From NCBI GenBank assembly GCA_001772615.1, contig MEUZ01000003.1, positions 109,698 to 173,697 on the forward strand: a stretch of 64,000 bases of DNA, written 5' to 3'. The position numbers and the translations under genes are program-made. Shown in pieces: positions 9,148 to 19,641 of this stretch. Each line of letters starts with the position of its first letter. The first letter of the stretch is position 1. This DNA comes from a candidate division WWE3 bacterium RIFCSPHIGHO2_01_FULL_40_23. Its GTDB lineage: Bacteria > Patescibacteriota > WWE3 > UBA101185 > 2-01-FULL-41-18. Under the pieces are notes generated by a model. It was not told the DNA's origin and did not search any database. It was given only the letters and a program-made list of their open reading frames with translations.

Positions 9148-10769
9148 CTTTCCTTCTTATAAACGTTATAAACTGGGACCGAATCTATATTTATAGTTCC
9201 CTCAAACTTTAAGTTATATTTCATCTTAGTGGAAGATGTATCCTCCCAAACTGGATAAACAAAAAAGTTAGCCCTCTCTGCTTCCGGTCCGAGAGACTCA
9301 AGAACAGCCCATCCTTTTATTTCCCTTATAAAAGGCCAAATTTGAGTATAGTATTTTTCTGGAAATGCGACAGTCAGCTTATCATCAATTCTTCTAGAGT
9401 AAAGAAGCTTACTAAGAGTCTCATTATTCTCAAAAGTCTTATATTCTCCTTGTTCCCTAATGTTATTAAAATATGAGATTATTTCGGGCACGCCAATCAT
9501 CCATTTAGGTTCAAGAACAAAAATACCTCTTTTTAACCCCCCGCCCAGAACACTATAGTAAGAGAAATAATCGGGATGGATTTTCAGATATAAAATGAAC
9601 TGTGGAATAAAAATTAAAAAAAAGATGAGATAAGCTAATTTTTTAAACTTCTCATGAAGATAAGTTAAAAGATAATCATAAAAAAATGAGGAAGCTAAGG
9701 ATAAACCCATAATGGAGGGAAGAATATATCTATCCAGTTTTTTTGAAGGAATGGAGATTTCAATGAAATAAAGAAAAGAAAAGAACAGGCTATAAAGTGC
9801 AAACTTCTTTTTATCCTCGCTTATATTAGCTTTAACAAAAAGCCACCCGATAAAGCCTAGAATTAAATATAAAGAAGTTTTGTACATCAGTACAACGGGA
9901 TAAAACGTAAAGCCGGGATCTGACGTAAGAGAACCAAAATAAATCTGATCATGCCCCCCTTCAACTCCTACGGTAAAGATGCCTGTAAAATAAGTGCTAA
10001 GTGCTTCCCAAGGTTTCACCCACATCCCCGGCCATAACAACACAAACCAAAGCAAAACAATTAAAAACCACCTAAAATAAGAACTCACCATAGATTTAAA
10101 AGTTGTTTTTTTAAAAATAACCTCTACAAAGAGCATAAAAAGAACAAACGGAAGAATCATAAGAGAAGAACTCTTCGTTAAAACGGCGAGCGAGGCAAAA
10201 AAACCTGAAACAAAAAGACTCTTAAAGCCTTTTTGAAAGTTCACGTAATAGTAGAACCAGACAAAAGAAACAACCATAAATGTTGTCATTAAACCTTCAA
10301 GATGCAAAACTTTGGTTAAAGCTATATAAAAAGGCTCTAAAGAAAAAACAGATATTAAAATAAAAGTGGTTTTTACTCCAAACATTTTCCTTAGAGCATA
10401 AAAAAGAAAGGAGATTGAAACTCCCGTAGCAAAGACAACAAAGAATTTTTGAACAAGATCAAGCTCAAAAATAGTTCTTAGTTCATTATTTGGAGGATTG
10501 CTTCCTGTAAAAACCCTGTAGTAAAGGTTATAAACTTTGATGGAAGCGCTTCCAATTATCATTAAGCTAACGCCTGGATGGTATGTTTGAATCGTTTTTT
10601 CAAACTGACCTCCAAATAAACCCCCGCCAAAATCATATATTCTTGCCTTCCATCTCCAAACATCCGTATTAAAATTATCATGGCCTAAGGAGGGAGCCCG
10701 CGACAATATAAATAAAAGGGCAACAAGTATTTCAAATTTTATTTTTCTTATTTTATCCAAAGTTTTCAT
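9144..10769 (-). CDS. GT-C fold membrane glycosyltransferase of the PMT_2/ArnT-like (GT39/GT83-like) type.
   Basis: This is a 541-aa polytopic membrane protein with an N-terminal loop (LGHDNFNTDVWRW). It is paralogous to its neighbours. Confidence 0.55.
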   Translation of the reverse strand: MKTLDKIRKIKFEILVALLFILSRAPSLGHDNFNTDVWRWKARIYDFGGGLFGGQFEKTIQTYHPGVSLMIIGSASIKVYNLYYRVFTGSNPPNNELRTIFELDLVQKFFVVFATGVSISFLFYALRKMFGVKTTFILISVFSLEPFYIALTKVLHLEGLMTTFMVVSFVWFYYYVNFQKGFKSLFVSGFFASLAVLTKSSSLMILPFVLFMLFVEVIFKKTTFKSMVSSYFRWFLIVLLWFVLLWPGMWVKPWEALSTYFTGIFTVGVEGGHDQIYFGSLTSDPGFTFYPVVLMYKTSLYLILGFIGWLFVKANISEDKKKFALYSLFFSFLYFIEISIPSKKLDRYILPSIMGLSLASSFFYDYLLTYLHEKFKKLAYLIFFLIFIPQFILYLKIHPDYFSYYSVLGGGLKRGIFVLEPKWMIGVPEIISYFNNIREQGEYKTFENNETLSKLLYSRRIDDKLTVAFPEKYYTQIWPFIREIKGWAVLESLGPEAERANFFVYPVWEDTSSTKMKYNLKFEGTINIDSVPVYNVYKKER

Positions 10770-12304
10770 TTCGCGTTAACATCAAGAGAAAAAACATACA
10801 CATTAGGACCAAACCTCTGCTCGCTTCTCTCAAAAGACTTTATCAAAGTTAAAAACTTTTTCACATTTTTATATTCCTCTGTATCAGAAAGCCTATCATT
10901 AGTGGCTATCGTTAAGTACGTCGCAGTTTCATTAACACTTATGTAAGAAAGGGACTTTATTCTCCTGTTCTTGTTGTCTATTTTTTCCATAACAGGGTCA
11001 AGATCCCTTCCGGAGTATATAACTTCCTTATCCAAGGGAATGTTTTCACCCGCCCATTCATAAAAAAGATTTCTGGTATCTTTTTCGGATAGCTTCACTG
11101 CATACTTAATTGAGTAAACAAAGGGTGGGAGAAAGACCACCGAAAACAAAATTAAAGAGAGAAGTTTATGTGAAATAAACATCTTCTTTGAAAGAACAAG
11201 ATTGTAGAATAAATTTGCCAAATAACCCACCACTAAGCTCACAAATGGGAAAACAAGCATATAATAATGTATCCTATTTTTTGAAAAACCTGTGATATAA
11301 AGGAAATAAAATAAGCCAGGAAGATAAATAAAAATCTTATCACTAGTCCGTTTAGTAAAAATGAAATAAATAAAGAAAAGTTCAAAAAGGAGAAGGAAAG
11401 AATACCCAAAATCTGAAATAATTTTTGTTGTTAGAACCTTCGATAGCTGAACGAAATACTGATCGGTACTCACCTTTCCCACATTCTCAAACTGCCAGAA
11501 AGCCCCTTTAGGTCCGTCATCCCTGGTGAAAGTATCAAAGTCAAAAAGAGCATATGGGGTACCTACAAAAAAAGAAGTCAAAGAGACAAAAGCGGCAAGC
11601 AGAAGGTTGGCTGACGCCTTTTTAAAACCGTCACCTAGCCTTAAGAGTTCATGGGTTTTCAAATATAAAATATAAGCTAAGAAAATAACAAATACCGAAA
11701 ATCCTCCGTTATATTTAGTTGAAGCAGAAAGACCTGCAAATAAAGCGGCTAAAACATACCATTTCCTTTTCCCTTCTAGCATTATTAATGAAGAAAAATA
11801 AACGGAAAGACTAAACCAGAAGGTCATGGGAACATCAATGAGTGCAAAATGCGAGTTATATGCATGATATGGAAACAAGGTTATGGCAAGAGCTGATAAA
11901 AGCCCAACCCTCTCATTAAAAAGCTTTTTACCTGTGAGAAAAACAGGAATTGCAGTAAAAGCCCCCAGGGCTGCATTAAATATCCTTGAAGCAAGATAAA
12001 AAACAAGCGGGTCTCTCCATAAAATAGGCATCAAATTTGAAATAAAGGGTTTTAAACCAAGAACCTGAAAGGCACCTCTAACAACATATATAAGCATATA
12101 AAGAAAAAAGTTTAGGTAAAAATGAAGGTGCGGCCAATCAAAATGCTTGGGATTTGATTCAAACCTTATACCCGTCGCGGTTCTCACAAGCGCGGGCTCA
12201 TCTACACTATAAATAAAAGGAAAACCATAACTTATTCCATATAATCTTAAGAAAAGCCCTAATAATAATATCAATAAAAGAGGTTTACTCACCTTTTTTA
12301 ACAT
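10766..12304 (-). CDS. GT-C fold membrane glycosyltransferase of the PMT_2/ArnT-like type.
   Basis: A DEP motif sits in the first periplasmic loop (FIYSVDEPALVRTATG). The protein has about 12 TM helices. Confidence 0.6.
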   Translation of the reverse strand: MLKKVSKPLLLILLLGLFLRLYGISYGFPFIYSVDEPALVRTATGIRFESNPKHFDWPHLHFYLNFFLYMLIYVVRGAFQVLGLKPFISNLMPILWRDPLVFYLASRIFNAALGAFTAIPVFLTGKKLFNERVGLLSALAITLFPYHAYNSHFALIDVPMTFWFSLSVYFSSLIMLEGKRKWYVLAALFAGLSASTKYNGGFSVFVIFLAYILYLKTHELLRLGDGFKKASANLLLAAFVSLTSFFVGTPYALFDFDTFTRDDGPKGAFWQFENVGKVSTDQYFVQLSKVLTTKIISDFGYSFLLLFELFFIYFIFTKRTSDKIFIYLPGLFYFLYITGFSKNRIHYYMLVFPFVSLVVGYLANLFYNLVLSKKMFISHKLLSLILFSVVFLPPFVYSIKYAVKLSEKDTRNLFYEWAGENIPLDKEVIYSGRDLDPVMEKIDNKNRRIKSLSYISVNETATYLTIATNDRLSDTEEYKNVKKFLTLIKSFERSEQRFGPNVYVFSLDVNAK

Positions 12305-13829
12305 AAAAATTCCAGAAATTAATCCCCGCTATTTTAATCGTTTTGTCATACACGAATTTTCCTTTAGTTTTATCGGGGGCTATCTCATCACTATCCAAAA
12401 CCAAAATATCATAATTATGAGCACCGTATACCCTAGCATCAAAGACCATTGAGTTAGGATAAATTGTAGACATGGCCTTTCTGTCAACAAACCCCACCCT
12501 TACAAATCCATAGTTTTTTCTTATAAAATCCCTCACCTCAAAAATACCTATACCGAATGACTTTTGACCTATTACCCGATCGGCTACCCTTGGCCCTCCA
12601 AAAAGAGGACTATTATAAACAAAATAATAAGGAAAATACTGAACTAAAGGAATAATATTTATAACGACCAGCAAAAGCGTCAAGGCTGTTTTCACTGGTT
12701 TTCTTTTCACGTTTGAAAAAAAGCTTATTAGAAAATATGAAACCGAAATTATAATAATCGGATATAGCGGCAAAAGATATCTGTCTATTTTTTTATCAGC
12801 TATCTCAACTGCTAAAAAATAAAATAGAAAAAACAAGGAAAGAAAATATAAAATCCCCGGAGCTAGTAAAAGTGGAGGCTTCTTCTTTAAAATAACAGCT
12901 CTAAAAAGATAAACAAGAATTCCTAATGAAGAAAGTAATAATAAAGGAGAAAGCTTATATAAAAAAACAATTGGGTAATAAAAAGGTCCTGGGTTTTCCG
13001 TAACAACTCCGAAAAATTTCTCCTCATGCCCTTTTTCAACAACAAGCTTGCTTCCGGAGTAAATCTTTTTAAAAACCCTTACCGGATCATCCCATAAGGC
13101 TGGGAGTATCAAATATCCTGAAAAAAAGAAGAAAAATACATAAGAAAACAAAACAATTAAAAACTTTTTGAGCGTTATCTTTTTAAAGATATAAAGAAGA
13201 AAGGAAAAGGAAGTAAGAAAAAAGATCGCCAGTATAGAAATATTTTTTGTCCAAAATGAAAAGCCTATAAATAAAGAGGATAATATAAGCCATCCATAAG
13301 AATTTTTTTTGTACCACAAATAATAAGAAACCAAGCCGTTTATAAGAAGCAATGACAAAAGTGCATCCATGTGCAAGAGCCTTGCGTTCCCAAGAAAAAA
13401 AGGCTCAACTGTAAGGAAAAACCCCGCAAGAAAAGAAGTTTCTAGGGTAAAAATCTTGCTAAGGAGAAAAACTAAAATTAAAGTTAAGATAAGTAGGGAA
13501 ACATTAAGAGTGTACTTTGCAACGAAATGAAAGGCCTCATAGGAGAATCTGTCATACCCCACTCTTGGATTGGATAAACGCTTAAGAATTTCAACGGGAG
13601 CACCTGTGATAAGCATTAGAGTAACCCCTGGATGATAGTGTTGGTATGTTCTTCTGAAATCCCTGCTTTTAATCGCGTCTATATACTGCTCTGATCTAAA
13701 ATGCCAATTAAGGGCGTCAGGGTTCATTTCATCATTACCAAGCCTTGGTACATGGGTAATAAAATAAACAAAAGCAAAAACAATGGAATAGATAAAAACT
13801 TTATTTTTCAATAGCATAAAAAACCCCAC
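12285..13829 (-). CDS. GT-C fold membrane glycosyltransferase of the PMT_2/ArnT-like type.
   Basis: A DE motif is present in HVPRLGNDEMNPD. It is a polytopic membrane protein. Confidence 0.6.
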   Translation of the reverse strand: MGFFMLLKNKVFIYSIVFAFVYFITHVPRLGNDEMNPDALNWHFRSEQYIDAIKSRDFRRTYQHYHPGVTLMLITGAPVEILKRLSNPRVGYDRFSYEAFHFVAKYTLNVSLLILTLILVFLLSKIFTLETSFLAGFFLTVEPFFLGNARLLHMDALLSLLLINGLVSYYLWYKKNSYGWLILSSLFIGFSFWTKNISILAIFFLTSFSFLLYIFKKITLKKFLIVLFSYVFFFFFSGYLILPALWDDPVRVFKKIYSGSKLVVEKGHEEKFFGVVTENPGPFYYPIVFLYKLSPLLLLSSLGILVYLFRAVILKKKPPLLLAPGILYFLSLFFLFYFLAVEIADKKIDRYLLPLYPIIIISVSYFLISFFSNVKRKPVKTALTLLLVVINIIPLVQYFPYYFVYNSPLFGGPRVADRVIGQKSFGIGIFEVRDFIRKNYGFVRVGFVDRKAMSTIYPNSMVFDARVYGAHNYDILVLDSDEIAPDKTKGKFVYDKTIKIAGINFWNFYVKKGE

Positions 13830-14691
13830 CCAGAAGACTTACTAAAAGCCTTATAAGATGATAAACGATAGATGCCGAAATGGCTCCTTCAAGCGAAACT
13901 CCCACCTGCAAGAAAAGAAGCCCGTAGAGAGCATCCTGAACCCCAAAAGAATTCTGGGAGGGTATGAAAAAACTCGCGAGTATTATCACTGGGAAGGCAA
14001 AAAAGGAAAACCCTAAAGGAATAGGAAATCCTAGTGAAACAAAAATAAAATGCTGCGTAAGGATTGAAAATACCTGAACAAAAATAGAAGTTATAAAGGC
14101 GTAAATTAAAACTCCCTTCTGCCCTTTATATACTTTTAACGCGTCTGAAAACTCTTTTAACTTTCTAATCTTCAAAGAAAGCTTATCAATAACCTTAAAG
14201 AATACAAAAATTGCAACCCAAAACCCGAAAAACATCAAAAAGCCATAGATTTTAAAAACCCCAATCAAACCATAAGTAGCAAATAAACTTAAAATTACAA
14301 CACCGCTGAATCTTTCCATAAACGTTGCGGCAAAGGCTTTAGAATGATCTTTTATATATCGTCCAAGCCTAAAAGCCTTATAAACATCTCCCCCAATACT
14401 AGTTGGTAGAAAATTATTAAAAAATGCTCCTATAAAATAAAGTTTAACCAAAGTAAAAAGTTTAACATGCTCTGTTCCATCAAAAATACTTAACAGCTTT
14501 CTCCACCTTAAAGAAGAAACCACATAATTTAAAATGATAAAGGAAAGAATTATAGGTAAATAAAAAAAGTCAATCCCTTTAATGCTTTCTATAAACAATC
14601 TTTTATCAATCTTATAAAAGATTAAAGCTAACAAAAAGATACTGACAAAAACTTTTATCAACGTTTTTTTAAAATTTTCGGTTTCCTTCAT
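13801..14691 (-). CDS. Flippase-like membrane protein with a lysylphosphatidylglycerol-synthase-TM-like (UPF0104) region.
   Basis: The sequence FFNNFLPTSIGGDVYKAFRLG is typical of the family. The protein has about 8 TM segments. Confidence 0.5.
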   Translation of the reverse strand: MKETENFKKTLIKVFVSIFLLALIFYKIDKRLFIESIKGIDFFYLPIILSFIILNYVVSSLRWRKLLSIFDGTEHVKLFTLVKLYFIGAFFNNFLPTSIGGDVYKAFRLGRYIKDHSKAFAATFMERFSGVVILSLFATYGLIGVFKIYGFLMFFGFWVAIFVFFKVIDKLSLKIRKLKEFSDALKVYKGQKGVLIYAFITSIFVQVFSILTQHFIFVSLGFPIPLGFSFFAFPVIILASFFIPSQNSFGVQDALYGLLFLQVGVSLEGAISASIVYHLIRLLVSLLGGVFYAIEK

Positions 14692-16133
14692 CTTTTTAAA
14701 TTTAATATCAACCGTTTAATACTAATAACCTTCAACTTATCTACAACGTATAAACAAATTAGAGAGTACACTAAGTAAAACAAAAATCTAAGTAGGAAAC
14801 CAGACACAAAAAAGTGTGGGAAGGTTATAAGCGTTAAGCAAATTGTCAGAACCAAAAACTTTTGATCAAGAATATTAAATTTAAGACCCCTCTTAATCAT
14901 AAAATATAAACTAATAAATGAAAGCGCAGAGCCCAAAAATAAAGCGAGAGACATTGAATTTATACTACTAAACTTAAGAACAGATAACATAAAAAATGAT
15001 GCAACCGAAGTAAAAAGAAGAATAAAATATGAAACGGACATCTCAACAATCATTTTAGAGGGTATGAGGATACTTGATTTAATAATGTTAACATAGGAGT
15101 AAAATGTGAAGGCAAGAACAAGAGGTACTATTATCGGAAAAACGGACGAGTATTTTGATCCCACAGCAAATAAAATTATCTCCTTTGAAAAGTATATTTG
15201 AGAAAGAGCCGCAAACAATATCAAGACATAAAGCTTGTCAAAATTTTCGTGGAAAAGTTTCTTAAAACCTTCAAGGTTTTGGGTAAATTCTTTTGAAAAT
15301 ACAGGAAGGTTTACATCAGTTAGGGCATCAGAAATCGCCATAAGCTTGGATGAATAAAGAACCGCAAAACTGAAAATCCCAACGACCTCTAGAGACTCAA
15401 AATACCCTAAAGTGATTTGGCCAAACTTATACCATAACGTATATAAAACTTTAACAAAGTATATTCCAAGACTTAATATAAGCACATTTCTAAAAATCAG
15501 TTTAAACTCCCCTCCCGATGGAAGCTTTAAATGAGATCTTATAGGCCATAAAGCAAGAAAAGCCAAACTAAAAGATGACACAACATTAAACAAAGTCAAA
15601 GCAATAAAATAACCGTTCACACGATAATAAAAAACCAATGGTGCATAAAGAACAAGACTGACGAGCGATATACAAGCCTGATATAAAAAAAGCCTCTTAA
15701 ATCTTTGAAGACCTGCAATAACTGAATTAAATATGCTTTGAACTCCCTGTATAACCAAAACAAGAGAGTAAAGCCTCAACGGAAAAATTATTTCACTATG
15801 TTTATAAACATGCTCCGAAAGATAAGGAGCTAAAATAAAAAGACCAAGAGCAATAGGCAGTGTAATTATATATTTAATGGCTACGGAAGAAACAAAAATC
15901 TTAAATACGTCTTCTTCCCCTTTAGATGCGGAGATTTCCCTTGTTGTTCCCGATGCAAGGCCCAAATGTTGTGCGATACCAAAAAGGGCTCCGACGGCAC
16001 CCACAATCCCCACCAAACCAAACTCCGAAACCGTCAGAATCCTTGTAATAATTACACTCTGAAGAAGACCGACAACAAGGGCTGAAAACCTTGAGATTAT
16101 GCTAAATATCTGCCATTTACCAAGGCTACTCAC
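14688..16133 (-). CDS. Polysaccharide-biosynthesis flippase of the Wzx/MOP superfamily.
   Basis: This is a 481-aa polytopic membrane protein. Confidence 0.55.
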   Translation of the reverse strand: MSSLGKWQIFSIISRFSALVVGLLQSVIITRILTVSEFGLVGIVGAVGALFGIAQHLGLASGTTREISASKGEEDVFKIFVSSVAIKYIITLPIALGLFILAPYLSEHVYKHSEIIFPLRLYSLVLVIQGVQSIFNSVIAGLQRFKRLFLYQACISLVSLVLYAPLVFYYRVNGYFIALTLFNVVSSFSLAFLALWPIRSHLKLPSGGEFKLIFRNVLILSLGIYFVKVLYTLWYKFGQITLGYFESLEVVGIFSFAVLYSSKLMAISDALTDVNLPVFSKEFTQNLEGFKKLFHENFDKLYVLILFAALSQIYFSKEIILFAVGSKYSSVFPIIVPLVLAFTFYSYVNIIKSSILIPSKMIVEMSVSYFILLFTSVASFFMLSVLKFSSINSMSLALFLGSALSFISLYFMIKRGLKFNILDQKFLVLTICLTLITFPHFFVSGFLLRFLFYLVYSLICLYVVDKLKVISIKRLILNLKR

Positions 16134-17563
16134 AACTTTCTCCTAACTAAATAAACTTCCGTAAGCAAATTGCCGTTATCGTCATAAAATGACTCAATCG
16201 GTGCTTGATTTTTTACTCTACCGCTTTTCTTCCTAAGAAGACTCTGCGAATTATAAACATAAATGTATAAATCATACTTAGACATGGGATCCTTTAAAGG
16301 TTTTATATAATATTTTATAAGTTTATCTCCCTCATTTGATAACACGGATGCAACACTTTCATTCGTACGGATGAACTCATTAGCTTCTTTAAGCCTCCTG
16401 TTATAAGGAAAACCAAAAATACTTAAATGGTAATAATCTGATGGCATGGAAACTTTCCAAAAAAGAATCTTTTTCTCTGCCCATGGATACTCAACCTCAT
16501 GGTCAACAAAAATTAAATAGCTTTGGTACAAAAAGAAAAGGAAAGCAAGAGAAACACCTAAACCATATGTAATCTTAATAACTTGATTCTCAAGCAACTT
16601 GTATACAGCTACAATTCCATAGGAAGCTATAACAATAGTAGGAGGAAGATAATTATATATATGAGTCCCGGGAACTGAAGCAATAAAATTAAGGGTAATA
16701 AAAGAAGGCAAAAGCCATAAAAACATCGGCAAAAGCTTCCTATTTCCAAAAATTACACCTGCGACAAAAAACAAAATCAAAAAGTAATATGTAAAAAGGG
16801 GGTTATAAAGTTTGAAAGTAACAGAAGTGTCGGAAACTTTGTCAACCCCTCCTTCAAGTCTCTCAAAAAGATAGCTTTTTGTATTGGAAAAAGAAGAGCT
16901 TGTTAAAAAAGGAACATAAAACAATGAAACCAAAATAGTGAAAATTAAAAATCCAAAAAACAAAAAATATAACTTCTTTGACAAAAATCCTCCTTTAAGC
17001 CACTGATAAAGAAAATAAGCAACTATCAATAAAACAAACGCACCATCGTAATGAGCTAGAAGACCCAAACCAAGAAAGATAAAAGACAAAATTAGGTGGA
17101 GCAGTTTTTTGCTTCGTCTTAACTTCTCAAAGAAAAAAAGTGATAATAAATAAAATAAGAACGTAAAAGACTGATATTGAACTATTCTTGAAAAAGCAAC
17201 AAAAAAACCATTGACAGATAAAAACAGAGAAGAAAGTAGAGCTACCTTCTTTCCATACATCTGTCTTATGAAAAAATAAAAAATAAAAACCGAAAGAACT
17301 CCCGCTAAGAAAAAGGGGGACCTTGTGATAAATTCATCATAACGCTCGGAAAATAAGCTAACAGCAAAAGTGACAAGAAACTGGATCGGCCCCTTCTTTT
17401 GGGAAAGCAAGAATTCAGTTAAGGGCGCACCTTTAACATATAAAGCTCTGATCTCATCTCCCTGAAACTCCGAATAAGACAGGTTTGAGAGCCTCAAAAA
17501 GACGCTAACCGCAAGCAAAAAGATAAGACCTATTATTTCTTTCCTTCTTAACAAATACCTCAT
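16130..17563 (-). CDS. GT-C fold membrane glycosyltransferase of the ArnT/PMT-like type.
   Basis: A GDE motif sits in the first loop (SEFQGDEIRALYVKG). It is a polytopic membrane protein. Confidence 0.6.
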   Translation of the reverse strand: MRYLLRRKEIIGLIFLLAVSVFLRLSNLSYSEFQGDEIRALYVKGAPLTEFLLSQKKGPIQFLVTFAVSLFSERYDEFITRSPFFLAGVLSVFIFYFFIRQMYGKKVALLSSLFLSVNGFFVAFSRIVQYQSFTFLFYLLSLFFFEKLRRSKKLLHLILSFIFLGLGLLAHYDGAFVLLIVAYFLYQWLKGGFLSKKLYFLFFGFLIFTILVSLFYVPFLTSSSFSNTKSYLFERLEGGVDKVSDTSVTFKLYNPLFTYYFLILFFVAGVIFGNRKLLPMFLWLLPSFITLNFIASVPGTHIYNYLPPTIVIASYGIVAVYKLLENQVIKITYGLGVSLAFLFFLYQSYLIFVDHEVEYPWAEKKILFWKVSMPSDYYHLSIFGFPYNRRLKEANEFIRTNESVASVLSNEGDKLIKYYIKPLKDPMSKYDLYIYVYNSQSLLRKKSGRVKNQAPIESFYDDNGNLLTEVYLVRRKL

Positions 17564-19641
17564 CTAACAAAAACCTTCCCAAGGAATATATTGTAAGTTT
17601 TTATGTTGTTCGTCATTCCAACAAATACATTATAATTTCCGCTTGGAGAGGAATCAGGAAGTACAAATTTATTATCTTCAAGATAATAAACCCCCTCTTC
17701 CCAGTTTAAGGGAGGGTTCACACCAAAAGAAGGCAGGTTAGCTATCTGATGAATATACTTTCCATCTTCACTCTTAAAAGAAGTATAAATCACGTATGCG
17801 TTCAAGCTCGCGTCCCCTTCCTTCTTATACACAAAATTAACCTCAAACTCCTTTCCCTTTTCAATAATTTGCGGAAGGTTAAAATCGGATAGGTAAAGAC
17901 TCTGCCCTATTGAATAATTAACCTTTTCAACGTAGTCAAAATCCTCCTGCAGAGGAAGGATCCTTTCACCCGGGCCGGAAGTCTCCTTTTTAAAAACAAA
18001 AATATTGGAGCATGAGTAGATAAGTTTATAATCGGGATTTCTCAAAATATGTCCCACAACTTTATTTATTAAATCAAGATTAACTCCAAGTATAGATAAA
18101 ACTTTTTTGGAATTAACATCAACGACAACATAGTCGGAAGTATCAAAGTTTGCGGGAAATAAAGCATTTACCCTTCTTGTTGAAAAATGGGCACCTAAAT
18201 AATCCGGTGCCGTTACTGTAGCACTCGATGGAACAAGGCTAACAACCCCATCAAAACAGTTCCAGTCTTTGGTTTCAAGCCTGTTTACTTTAACCCTTTC
18301 ACCTTCTTTATAGTTCTTAATCTCATCTACCTCACCTGACGCAAAAGCAAATCTTCTACCTAATGACTGTGTGAACCATAGCAGAATAGGGTTTTGATAA
18401 AGGTTTGACGTATAGATATTAGTAGCAAGCAATAAAATTGAAATAAAGAGTGAAAGTTTTTTAGGCTCTTTTCTTAAAAATACCCTATAAGCATCTTCAA
18501 ATAATTTGATGGAAAATAAAACAGAGATAAATAAAATTGGGATGATCATACTTATACGGTGGTTATAAATTTCGGCTGTCCCAACACCTGACTGCGTTGT
18601 TAGATAATTGATTAAAAATTCTGGGGAAGATATTAGAAGGATTGGAAGATAGAAAACGGGAAGATATAAAAGAGGCATAAAAGTCATATTAAAGTTTTCT
18701 TTTCTATCCCCAGAGAAAAAAATTTTAATTACCTTTCCTGGGTCAAGCGCCATATTCTTTAAAATCTCAAGATAAGACTCCCCAAACTCCTCATACCTGC
18801 TTAGGAAGTAGTTAGGTTTAAGGACATCCTTTTTAGCGTCTATATCAACTCCGATACTTTGAACAAACCTCTGATAACCCTCTATCCTGTAGTGTGAAGC
18901 GTTTGGTATCAAAACAAAAAAAGTTATAAAAAACCACAAGAGGGAGATGGTCCCCATTAATAAAGCGATCTTTCTTTGCCCTCTAAAAAAGAAAATGAAC
19001 CCAGCGTATGCAAGAATTATAAGAGAAATTTCCTCCTTTCCTGCCATCGTTAAAAGAATTAGAAAAAAGAACAATAAAACTTTATTTCGGGTAAATAATC
19101 TCTTTATATACATGTCCTCAAGCAAAAGAAATGCACCTAAGAAGAAAGGAACCACTGACGTGACACCGTGAAAACCCGTCCAAGCGAGAAGATATCCTAC
19201 GGCAGGATAAAAAAGAAAGGACAAAGCCACGAACATAGATGCAAACTTTGAGTTTAAAATCCTTGTCCCGATTAGATAAAGAAGAAATGATGAAGAAATA
19301 AGCAGAAAAAGTTGAGCAACAACAAGAATCCTTGCATCCGGAAATACTGCATAAAATGGAACAAAGACGAGAAGGAATGGATCAACGTGGCTCATCCCCC
19401 ACCTTGGCATATTTGCGCCGAAATAATCGGTCACCTCCATAAACCTTCCATTAAGAGTGTTGTAAACCATTTGGCTCATGTTTCCAAGGTCAAATTTACC
19501 GTATTCATAATTGCGATACCTGAACATCGTAACTCTCACCGATGTTATAAATACAATCGCCGCCATTCCTACTACTATAAATAAGGGGAGGCTTCTTTTC
19601 ATATTTTTAATCGTTTTAGACTCGTAATTTATCATATACAA
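17560..19641 (-). CDS. Large membrane protein, DUF2079-like (a putative GT-C-type glycosyltransferase), with a C-terminal extracytoplasmic domain.
   Basis: The 693-aa protein has an N-terminal polytopic region (NMSQMVYNTLNGRFMEVTDYFG...HVDP) and a soluble C-terminal half. Confidence 0.5.
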   Translation of the reverse strand: MYMINYESKTIKNMKRSLPLFIVVGMAAIVFITSVRVTMFRYRNYEYGKFDLGNMSQMVYNTLNGRFMEVTDYFGANMPRWGMSHVDPFLLVFVPFYAVFPDARILVVAQLFLLISSSFLLYLIGTRILNSKFASMFVALSFLFYPAVGYLLAWTGFHGVTSVVPFFLGAFLLLEDMYIKRLFTRNKVLLFFFLILLTMAGKEEISLIILAYAGFIFFFRGQRKIALLMGTISLLWFFITFFVLIPNASHYRIEGYQRFVQSIGVDIDAKKDVLKPNYFLSRYEEFGESYLEILKNMALDPGKVIKIFFSGDRKENFNMTFMPLLYLPVFYLPILLISSPEFLINYLTTQSGVGTAEIYNHRISMIIPILFISVLFSIKLFEDAYRVFLRKEPKKLSLFISILLLATNIYTSNLYQNPILLWFTQSLGRRFAFASGEVDEIKNYKEGERVKVNRLETKDWNCFDGVVSLVPSSATVTAPDYLGAHFSTRRVNALFPANFDTSDYVVVDVNSKKVLSILGVNLDLINKVVGHILRNPDYKLIYSCSNIFVFKKETSGPGERILPLQEDFDYVEKVNYSIGQSLYLSDFNLPQIIEKGKEFEVNFVYKKEGDASLNAYVIYTSFKSEDGKYIHQIANLPSFGVNPPLNWEEGVYYLEDNKFVLPDSSPSGNYNVFVGMTNNIKTYNIFLGKVFVR

